From the NCBI GenBank assembly GCA_903813345.2, contig CAIIXF020000001.1, positions 18,972,001 to 19,036,000 of the forward strand: a stretch of 64,000 nucleotides of DNA, in the 5' to 3' direction. Origin of the DNA: Owenia fusiformis (lineage: Eukaryota). A program made the position numbers and the translations under genes. Below, piece by piece: positions 15,701 through 27,700 of the stretch (the stretch's first letter is position 1; each line of letters begins with the position of its first letter). Under the pieces are notes generated by a model, which was given only the letters and a program-made list of their open reading frames with translations, was not told the origin of the DNA and did no database searches.

Positions 15701-18700
15701 ATGGTTAAACACATTTTAATCACGACCTGGTAAATCATTGGATTCCTTGTTTTTAGTTTTATTGCTTCCTCGAATTTTGCATCTATTCTTTATTCAAAAG
15801 ACTGACAGCCTACCACCGACCAAGCAGACCCAACTGTGGAGATTGAATGGTCGGTGGTCGGCGGTCGGTCTTTTTCGTAAACCCTTTTAAAAATACGATC
15901 GAAAATTATGCTTTAAATCACTAGCCCAACAAATAAGACATGTAATAAATTGCTTGACCAAGTTTTTTGAGACATAAGCTTTAATGTGTGATTAACGTAT
16001 TAAGGACATTAATTTTCTAGGCTGACGGATCAGACTTTTATTCCAAACAGTGCCTTGAGAGAGCGTGTAACAACTGTGGGGTATGGCACCTAAAAAACCA
16101 CATCGCACCGCTGGAGGCTCATTCAAATAATCACGTCAAATGGCAGAGATGGCAATCCCAAGTTTTTCATCACAGGGGAAAGAAATGCTCCAGAAAGATG
16201 TTGGTTACCAAACAGGGTGACTGGGAGACTTTCCAAAAGGAATTTCTGAATGAGATGGAAACATTTTCTTTGCACTTACATACTGCCAAATGGCAATATA
16301 GACAATTTGACTTCATAACTAAAAATGTACCGGTCAAAAAATGTGTCATGTGCCTCGATTTTGCGGAAAACTACACCTGCTCATATCAAGATGAAGCACA
16401 GGGTGCCCACTGGTCACAAGATCAGGTCACCCTTTTCCCCTCAATCAATTTCTACAGGTGTCCTATATGCCAAGAGATAATAAAACACAGCATCGTTGTA
16501 TTGTGCGACGATAAAAAACACGATAGTCTAGCAGTGAACACATTTCTTGAAAAAATTCGCGGCGAAATCGGAAAAGTAACAAATGAAATTGAAGGGGATA
16601 TTCTATTTAGTGATGGCTGTGCCTCGCAATTCAAGTCCAAACACCCGTTTTTAACGGCAGCAAAATCTCATTTAGCTGGCCGTCCTATTGACAAACACTT
16701 TTTTGGGTCTAGGCATGGCAAGGGGCCATGCGATGGGGAGGGGGGTGTTGTCAAACGTATGGTAACATCGGCAGTAAAATCTCGGCGAGCAATAATTTGT
16801 AACTCTGAGGATATGTTTGAATATTGCCAAAAGAATCTGTCAAAAACAGCTGATAACGACGGAGCATGTTGCCACAACAGGAGATCATTTATACATATTA
16901 AAGATGCCCACGCGATTGCTCACCCCATTGTTGAGATAAAACCAATACCAAACACTCGAAAATTACATAACGTGGGTAATTGTGGAGATTCTAGCCTCGT
17001 TTCAGTGCGAAATTTATCTTGCTTTTGTAACGTTTGCCTGGGTATTGACTTGGGTCAGTGCACGCAGAAAAAATGGGTTGAAGACAAAAAGATTGTTGAA
17101 ATTCGCCAAAAAACTAATAGATCCAATTCTGTCTCGGGTGTAAGACCAAGAGCTGGGCGTGTTATTGCAAGAAGAGTGGCAACAAGAGGTGGTCATGTTG
17201 GTTCTAGACGGGGAGATGCAACAAGAGGTGGACGGAGCGGGAGAAGAACAGTTGTTACAAGAGGCGGTACAGGGGCGAGAAATGTGAACACTGTTAGACG
17301 ATCACTCTTTGACACCTTCTCCATGTTGGGAATTGATGTGTCGGCGACAACATCTACAGGTAAAATTCATTGGATTCTTCATTCCTACTTGGCAAAAAGT
17401 TCATCGAAACCATTGAATAGGTTACAAGATTTTCTTATCGTCAACGCTTTCATTAGTCTCAGTTTGCAATTCTTGCAGAAATTACGGTGGATTTCAGAAT
17501 TAAATTTGAATTGTAGAACGAGGGGGGTTCAGAATTTTGATTTAGATCTAACAGTCGTTCAATGACTTTATTTCTTTTAGAGGATTAAAGTACGAGACGG
17601 TAAGTAAAAAGTGAATACAGGAGGCAATTTACGTAAAATCATGACCTTTGAAATAGAAGAATCCTCGTTATTTTCTCGTTTATTTCTTTGTTATTTAACA
17701 ATATTCTTTATCAAGTTATAATTTTCGTTCGTCAAAACTATTTCAAAATTGATTACAATCCGGTAATATTGTTATTCTAACAAATAAATTTTAGTTCATT
17801 TGTAACAGCTACACATTTTTATTTACATAACTAATTCTTGAAATAGTTAAGGGAATAATAATCAACCATTGTCTAGGAAACGTAGTCGACACATTTCAGT
17901 TTAAAGCAAAAAGAATACAGACACTTAGCGTTGCTTTAAAGTTGACTGAATAACATCTCTGAACATTAAAGTTTTTTCGGTATTGTGTCTTAGAAATTCA
18001 CTTTTAGAGGATTCGCTGTTATACGAGTTACTGTACACGCTGAGTTAACTTCTGTTTTTATTTTCAGGATGTATGAATGGAATTCATACCAGTGAATCTT
18101 ACAATGGACATTCGATAGATTATTTGTGGTTGACGTTGATAAATTATACTGTTATATGTTTTCATGTTAAACAGGACATTTCACTTTTTCTGTGGACGTT
18201 CAAGTTGTTATGCAATAAATTTTAAAAACGAAAATCAATGATTTTATTTTTACATTTAATTGGGCTTTGCATATGACAGAACATTAATACAAAACAGCAA
18301 AATTGTATTTATTACAAACACTGACATAACAAACTTTACGCAACGTACAAACCTCATCCAAAAAGTTCATATTGGAGCTCCAATTTGGTTCCGTAATCTT
18401 CTCTGTCCTCTCCTGTCCTTGCTCACGACCGAGACGGCTTTTTCATTATTTCAATATATGATTCTTAAGGCTGTCACTTCATTCTTGTTTCATAAAATTT
18501 ATTTCCCATATCACATGTACATGCAATTACAGAGGAATGGACATTGGAATATCAATCAGAATAAAATAAGAGAAAAATACAGAAGTGTATTAACGTCCGG
18601 TCGTGATGCCATAAATTAAGGGCTGATGTTCAAATAAACATTCAATGCAGTCTGATACAAAGTTTTTCAATTGAACAAGATATCCGTTGACTATTTATTT

Positions 18701-21700
18701 TTGATTTTTGATTTGGGATAATTCTGGTAATAAATCATTATTACAAGTATACTTGACAGACTATCACGACCGGACGATTTCCACCTGCTGTAGGAAACAA
18801 TGCTGATCTGCAAAAATAGTTTAACGAACTATCTTGTACAATATATATTCTGAAACTTTAAAGTGTAAAGTATCAGAAAAGCTAAAAATTGATCAGTTAA
18901 ACAACATTTGAAAAATTGACCCCTGGTTGACATTTTCGGGAGCAGTACTGGAGAATGAGCCATATATAAAACATCTCACATTTCAACATCAAAATGATTC
19001 AAAACTAAACAAAACAAATATTTCCATTTCTTATCAGATATCCTCAAATCTTTTTTCTTCATAGAGACAAACAAATAGGACATGGGGACAAATTGGAACT
19101 TCAAGTTTGCAAGATTTAACACATGCTATTGTTTGCTGCAACTATAAAATGAAGGACCCATGGTCCTGTGCTCACACAGTTTGGAACCTTCAGAGGAATG
19201 TATATCCTGACTTTCAAACAAAAATATTGATTTGGATTTGTAGTCTCAAACTTTGAGAAACTTAGATAGCGTAGTTGTGTGACCTAGTTTGATGACCTTT
19301 GACCTTGAAAATTTTACTTAGTCAGAGCTCAGTAAGGTCTTTTGTGATTAAGCTGACCAAAATTTACATCCAAAAATCAACTTTTTTGACCTTTCGAAGG
19401 TCACTGAAGGTCTTTCGAAGGTCACTGAAGGTCAACTAAAGGTCAAATCCTAAAACTAAGGTCAGATTTGAACTCCTGACAACTTGTAGATGATTTTCAA
19501 AAAAAAATTTGGTCAAAAACAAGCTGTTTACCAGAGGTGTGCATGAATTGTTGTCTAGGCCTAATGTATCCATCTCATATTCCAGCACAAGGTTTGAGTT
19601 CTCTGTCCTGAAAAACATCAAATGCACAAACATTAATTACATTTCAAAGCATCAAGTACCAAAACATTGATCAATGCATTTCAATACAATAAATACACAA
19701 ACAGATTACTGATTTAAGAGTAACATTACCATGTGTGAACTTAACTTTGAGATCTTGACATACATGTACACTGTACATTTCAAAAGAGTACCATTTATTT
19801 CGACACAAAATAAATTATTTGCACTCATTCAAAGCATTTACTGTAAAAAGATAACGGGGGAATATTTAAATAACAATTAAAAACAACTGCTGCAATCTCT
19901 CTGTCTTCTATTAAAACAGTAGCATTTTTCAAGCGTTGAAATGTGTTGACACAAAATAAATTAGATGCAATCATTCAGAACATTTACTGTAAAAATATAA
20001 AGGGAGAATATTTAAATATATCAAAAACGATTCCTCCAATCTCTCTGTCAGATAAGTAACAACCATCCAAAAAACTTAACAAATTTTGTATGTCTATTCA
20101 TTTATTTATTTTTTATTCATAGAATCCATTTTACAAATACATATATTATCAGCCACTTGAAAATGTATGTTTATCAATATCATCCGAAGGCCATTTACAT
20201 TCAAATTCAAAAAAGTGTATATAATATATGTGCATATACAATCATACAATTATTTATTTTTACATGATTGGGACAATACTGTTTAAGACTTCCCAGCCCA
20301 TTCATATGTGATGGATGTTAAATATTTGTAAGAGATCATTGCATTTTTTGGGACTCAATATAAGTATGAGTATGTTACAAAAAGGTTATTGCACTATCAT
20401 GGTCTGTGCTCTCATTGGTTGGCAGAGTGATGCTCCTGAAGGCCAGCATCGTCTGATTTTTATGTTTTATCAAACCAAATACCCAATACATCTATATATT
20501 CATCTACATGTATTCTCTTAAAATTAATTTTCAAAAAGGTTTATATACTTTATTTGGAGGGGGATACATCAAGGTGGAGTAATTAATATCCTGGGACAAA
20601 ACATCCTAGGGTGACAATCTGAGGTGAAATGGCTTTGTGGTAAAATGTCTAAGAGTTTAAGTCTAAAGAGTATTTGGATAACATACATGTATCACCTAAT
20701 GTGGAGAGTAGTAAGAATATAGTACATGTACAACAAGATAACTCCAACCAATAAGTTGTGAAGTATATAATATGTGTTCGTCTGAACAGAGAACATCATG
20801 AGAATGGAGAAGAGGATGGAGGCAAGGTAGTTCTGATGAGATCTGATCTGCGTATATTGGACTTTTTTAAATAGGGGAGCTTGATCATCCAAAGCGTTAA
20901 TACACATAAAGGTCCAAAAGTTGTCAGACTTTGCCCATCTTAAGCAGTTAGGGGTCTAACTTCATCTTGAGCTAATGCAGCCTTGAGATTAGACCAGAAA
21001 TGAGTTCCTGGCCATTGAATATAACTTTTCCTCTGAATCAAATGTTTCAACACTTTGTTTATTGGCTGAGCTAGAATGACCTCAGCTGGGTCGAGTAGAA
21101 TAAGCACTAAAACATCAACCCCTTTGTCAAAAAGAACATTTCTTGCCATGTACATTTCATACAAACAATACTGACTCGTGGAAAACTCTTTTGTGACCAA
21201 GAGCAATGTCTTACGACTTTTATCTACTGACTGAACTATGTTTTCCTGGATGTAGGTCCCTGGCATCCAGTCTCTTAAATGAATACAGAATTGGAAGTCA
21301 TTGTCACGTTCAAATGAACAAAGATCATCAACAACCCATTGTGTGCTATCAGCATGAAATGACACAAATGCATCATATTCAATGATGACTTCATTATGCA
21401 TTTCCATGAGTCGTTTTTGTCTGTATGACTTCCGGAGGACATAGTACCAATATCGTAAGGTCCATCTATTGTAATGCACAAGCTTTCCAATTGCAAGAAC
21501 CATTATAATACAGAGCAATAAAGAACCACTGATAACATATGGTGTCATGTCAACCCTGTGGCAATCATTCCAAAGTTCCTCTACATTTATCTGATCAAAA
21601 GCCAAAACAGAACCATTGTCAAAAACGCATTTGTACTCAAAGAAACCTGGGAACATTTCCCGCCTTTCCAAAGCTGTCATCCATTTAAGTGATAACAAAG

Positions 21701-24700
21701 ATTCACCACAGCCACATGTTAATGCATTCCCAGTTAGATCAAGTGTGTAGTTTGTACGTTTTTTTAAATCATCCAGCATTTGTCTTTGTTTTGCCGCAAT
21801 CAAATGTATTTCATTATGAGACAAGTTAATGTTTTTAATGTTATTGTGTCTTGATAAATCGAGAGAGAAGTTATATATTTGATTAAAACTCATATTTAAA
21901 TTTGACAGATTTACCATGTTAAATATGGCATTCTCCGACATATATTCAATATTATTAGCTGCGATATCTAAGGTTTTCATTGTTGTCAGATTGGCAAATA
22001 AACGTCCTTCTGAATCATGGTTTATCACCAAATTCCCCATGTTGTTCTGGCTCAAATATAAGGCCTCTAAACGTGGAAGATAGTCAAAACCATCTAGAGC
22101 AAAATAATTGAAGAAATTTCCTTGCATGTAAAGATATTGCAGCTTGTTCAATCCAATAATTGGACCGTTCCATTTGAAAATGTTAGCAAATGAAATATCT
22201 GCAATCCTCAATGAATTGTCACCAAGACAAGTGTATCTGTGGACTGCGTCAATGCCACGGCTTAAATGATGAAGATAAAGCTCCTCCAAATGTGGTGGCG
22301 CTGGCCACATTTCTGAGCAATGTTCAAACAATGCTTGAGAATCTCTCTTTTGTAGTTTCTTTGGAAATATCAAAGGCATCTGAAGAACGTCTCTCTTCTT
22401 ACGAGAACGTATTTGAAGAGGCCCCATATTTCTATCTCTTGGGTAGGATTGGTAACTAGCATCAAATGTACGTATGGTCTTTGAAATTGTCAAAATGTCT
22501 ATATATGGTATATTAACAATATAGTTCATGGCTATTTTAATATGTTCTATAGAATTGAGATTAAAGCTAAATCCTGGCATTAATATTGCTAAATTATTTC
22601 CACTGATATCCAGTGTTTTAAGTTTTGTAGATTGCAAACCTTTGAAAAAGTGCCTTTGCAGAACAAATGTGTTCCTATCATTCCTTATGTTTACTCTTGC
22701 TATGTTTAGCGATTCTATCTTCCTTGATATTCCTTTAAAGGCTTTGACTAAAGGTGAAGTCATTCGCATTGTCAGATGGCGATTATAGCTTAAATCTAAT
22801 TCCCGTAGATTATCCAATTTACAAAATGTGCATTCAGCTATACGTTTCAGTTTGAGATCACTCAGGATAAGTCTTGTCAAATTTGGAATAGAACCAAAAG
22901 TTTCATTTGTAAGATATTGTATTTCATTACTTTGAATGTTGATAACAGACAGTTGTTCAAGCCCAGCAAATATTCCTGGTGTAATATCAGCAATTCTGTT
23001 GTGAGAAAGGTCCACAATGCGTGTGTTTCTGGGCAGCCGAGGAATTGCATTTAATGATCTTGCCCTACAATCTACATATAACCCTTGATTCTCACTGTTA
23101 GTGTTACATGTGCACTCCCCTGGGCACAAATTAGAATGTACTTTTTCAACATTGCCAGTCTGTTCTAAAAGTTGTTTTGAATTATCATCTTTATTTTGTT
23201 GGAGATGTTCATGAAGAGTGTTGTCTCCAGTAAAGTTGTTTCTAGTGCTATAGCTGGTCTGCCCAATGTCCCTTTCAGCTCTACCATGAAGAAGCATAGT
23301 TGATAGGCCATGACTATGCAGGAGTATGGTTAGGACTACTGAAACAACTACTGCTGTGCAATTGTGTCCTTGTGATGCCATGTTCTTTATCAGGCATGAA
23401 TGGAACCCTTTTATTAAGTAATCTGCAACAAAAAGACATTAATTAAATTCAAAATTAAAACTTATAGAAAAAGACCTCTTATTAATAGTATTTGTACATA
23501 TAATTCAATCATTCAATCTGTAACACCTTGTCTTTCTGCCAACACCAGAAGATGGATCATATGGTTATACTTAATCAGGGGATTATAAACCCATTAACCA
23601 AAATTCCAATTACCAGGGAATGGCATACACACAAAGACAAAGAAATGTCATACCCATTGTAAGAGTTAGAAATTACCAAGGAATGCCATACTCAGACTAG
23701 AAATTACCAAGGAGTGGTATATACAGGGTGTCCCGAAAGTATGGGGCCCCCCCTAGGCAGACATATACCAGTGTCCTCATAGTATGTGTCATATATCATT
23801 TTAAAGCTTATACAAAGTTACATTGATTCGTCAAGTATCATGGTTCAACTTTCAAATGTGAAAAAATTACAGGCATTTCAAAATTTAGTGTTTGGTCAAA
23901 ATTAAGTTCAATTTTACACCAAATCAACAGTCAATGTGTCCTCCCGGGCCATCTTAACAGCAGCAATTCTTTTCGGGTCGGAGGGATATTGAGTTGGAAA
24001 AAGAGAATGGTGAGGGTAGAAACTCTAAGGAAACTGTTCTAAAGTCCCTTAACAGGTTTTAAGAGGGTTATAAAATTCCACATCCCTATTTGAAGGGCTT
24101 TTAAGGTCATATCTGAAAATAATTGCTGCTGTTAATATGCCCGAGGGGGGACACATTGACTAGTAATGTGGTGTAAAATTGAACTTTATTTTGACAAAAC
24201 ACTAACTTTTAAAATGAGTGTAACTTTTTCCCATTTGGGAATTAAACCATGATACTTGGCAAATCAATGTAACTTTGGATAAGCTTTAAAATGATATATG
24301 ACACATACTATGAGGACACTGGAATATGTCTGCCCAGGGGGGGCCCCATACTTTCAGGACACCCTGTACATAGTAGTTATAACCAAGGAATGCCATACTC
24401 AGACTAGAAATTACCAAGGAATGGTATAATCCAATTAGAAATTACCAAGGAATGGCATACTCAGACTAGAAATATAGTAGCAATTACCAAGGAATGACAT
24501 ACTCACAGTAAGTATAGCCAAAATGGCAATATCCAAGTAGTAACATACATGTATATTCAGTTGTGATAATCAAAAAGGAATGGCAAGCCCATAGTGTAAT
24601 AAAAAATAATAGCAATCCCACATACAGTGATAATGGCCTACATAGAGAGAAGCAAATCCTAATGAACCATTTGGAACAAATATTCAGAAAATGGTTGGTT

Positions 24701-27700
24701 GTTTTGAATTTTGCTGTAATATTGAAAATTCCGTAAACTAAATCCATAAAAATATTTCAGTTCGAACCATTCTGAAAAGAACATATTTCGGATTACATTA
24801 CAGAGCTAAAAAGTAGAGTATTGGTAGTAACTGAAGTTTGGAACAAATGAACAGAAAGACAACTTTTCTATAGCCCTTAATATAACAGACAAACCTTGTA
24901 TATTGTGGTAATGTCAGAGATATAGTCTTTAAATGAACATAACGTGACATGAGAAGTTTCATTATCTTAAGGTACCCCCCCCCCCCAACAACAACACTTT
25001 AAACTACTCGTAGATTCACATGTCTATATGTTAGAAATGATAAAAGATTTATATTCATCAATAATAGTGTATGAAGAAGATAAATGTACAATCTAAAACA
25101 TATACTCACTTTCTGCTTTTGCGGCTGTGTTTCACAATGTTCTGATGTTTAAAATATGGTCTCTTGTCAGCTTGTAGTCATTGTGTTTATTTGAAAGTGG
25201 TATCAATTTACAAACTGAACAAACATTAGTGCATGTCACAGTGATCTATTTCTAGAATGAGAAAAGTGGAAGTTAAAGTTTATATTACACCCACTTATAT
25301 ATCACAGACACTTAATCTATTGTTCATTGTATGATTCAATATCATGATTATGTCTTAAAGGAAATGGAACTAAATTTTAATTGAAATCATTGGCCTCATT
25401 TTGATATAAGTATGACACATGGTATATTTGAGATTTGTTTTTTTTTACAGTTGTGCTAATATAAAAGTGTACAACTTTTTATATGGTTTGTTTACATTAA
25501 TAAATGGAATGAAACTTAAATCAATTTAGTTAGTTCATATTAATTTGAAATACATTTTCAAAATATTGAGTACTAGTCTGTAAAAATGGAAGGAAATACT
25601 CTCAAGGTCAATACTAAGTGACACTGGAACTCAATTGTTTTCAAAGTTAGAGAAACTTAAAAACAAAGATCATGTTTCAGTTACTCTGAGTTCCCAGGGG
25701 TTTTCTGCTGTTAACATCGCTTCAAATCACATGCTGTAAAATGAGCCTGGAGTAAAAATATGATTATGATTAGCCACATGTGACAAAGACAAATACTTCA
25801 GAAAAAATATCAATGGCTCTTGGTTTTATCTAAAATGTTGATTATATGTAACTCTATATACTCTAATAGTAGCCCTATTTGCAAGGGATGTGATCATATG
25901 ATGATAAAATAATAAAAAGATAATATCAAGGAAATACACGAGACAACAATTGTAGAACACAAACAAAAAAATCTGATTATGTTGACCTTTGGTTGTTAAG
26001 TACCAAAGCAATCAGATCATTACATCTCTAATTATAACGATAATTGAAAAACTTTACAGATGCAAAATGTCCCTTGCATGTCATTATCACCAAGATGCAT
26101 GCAAATAGATGGATTAAGAGAATGATCAATGATAAAAATAAAAGTAATAATGTTTTGTGTTAGCTTACTTCCTTAACTGATGATAAAGTGATCTAGTACT
26201 AACCTGCATCATAAAGTAGGAAATGTTGTATTATATTAGTGAGAGGTAGGTTTGTAGTGTGAACCATCACATGAAGTCATTTGATTACAACATGGGTGTA
26301 ACAGTATCATTTTTTATGTGATTCATGATATCAACACTATCTGAGTCCTATTCAACATTTTCAAGTAATTCCTTGAGGGGATTTTCTCTAGAGGTGTCAA
26401 GTATTAACCGGTTAACCGGTTAACCGCCGATAATGCCTTGACCGGTCTGAGTTTTTATGGGCGGTTAGTTGACCGTGTATAATTCTGTTATTTCCCGCGC
26501 TTATTTTGCATGCTAATCCGTTTGGTTTTATGGTGTCAGTTTCACGTAAGCTACTCATACATGTCATAAGTCCCATAAGTCCTTACAAACATCCAATCAG
26601 CAACTTTAATCCCTGCCACATTGCTTTCCCGCGCTTACTTTGCATTTTAATCTGTTTGTTTTTCAAGCGTCAGTTTCATGTGAGCTACTCATACATGTGA
26701 TAGGTCCGATAATTCCTTACAAACATCCAATCAGCAACTTTAATCCCTGCCACATTGCTTTCCCGCGCTTACTTACATAGAATAGCGTAAAGCTTGACGA
26801 ACGTAAAAATAAACGCCGATATATCATTTTTCCAATTTTTTCAACTTTCAAGATCGAAGATGAAGATTTCATTTGAAATTATAAGTTCAAATTTCCCGCC
26901 GGTTAACCGACTTTAACCGGTAAAACCCCCCGGTTAACCGGTTAATGCTCAAGCGGTTAATTGACACCACTAATTTTCTCATTCTGATAAATGAACACAT
27001 GTATCAACATGTATTATTTCGAAATGATCATTATTCATTTAACATACAAAAGCTGCACCTTCGAGCATTACAGATATTTTACATCTTGAAAATGGAGACT
27101 TCAGTAGATATTTTTCCTAAATACCAGTGATATGATACAAATTGTTTTGAGCTATTGCTACATCATAAAAGAAATGCCAATCTGCCATTTTTATGAGTTC
27201 CTTGAAATAGCTTTATTTGTGTCAATTTCTATGAAATTCTATTGCTATTTCTATGAAAAATAATTTTGGCAAATTTATTCTGATATTTTAGCATTATGAT
27301 CTTTGATTTGACTGTGAATACAGTCTAATCACGTCCCTGGATGTTTAAAACAATATATATGGCTTGTACCATATACTACAGATTAACTTTGGTAGGTTGA
27401 ACCAGGCATATTCCCATTCAAAACTACTTCATTTGTTTAACTTTTCTTTTAAATGATTAACATCTGTGTCACAGGTCCCATGATTTGCGGTAGGTCACTA
27501 GTTTTTTTATTATATTTTTGTAGCTGTTTACCTGAAAATATCATGTGACTCATCTCATTTTCATCATATAGAAATGTTTTATTGCAAAATAATAGTAATC
27601 TATAAAATAAATAATATTTGTCAGAACCTTTTTTAAAGTGGACAAAAAGAATAAACGCTTGAAAAGGTTTCAATAACATAAATGATGTATTTTTTTACTT

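Larger units (their letters stand above)
11891..18961 (+). mobile_element. Sola2-type DNA transposon, 7071 bp, apparently autonomous
   Basis: Imperfect TIRs GGGTCATTCTCCAATACTG / GGCTCATTCTCCAGTACTG (17/19), ATAT duplicated at 11887-11890 and 18962-18965, subterminal ATCACGACC motifs near both ends, and an internal transposase gene. Confidence 0.85.

Noticed and set aside
16198-17565. Stand-alone 455-aa gene as given by the ORF track
   Set aside because: It is an internal exon (16021-17359) of the spliced transposase. Sequence past 17359 is most likely intron read-through.
19140-19525. TGACCTTTGACC-rich segment resembling nuclear-receptor response elements
   Set aside because: More likely a decayed fragment of a common invertebrate repeat; the boundaries cannot be defined.
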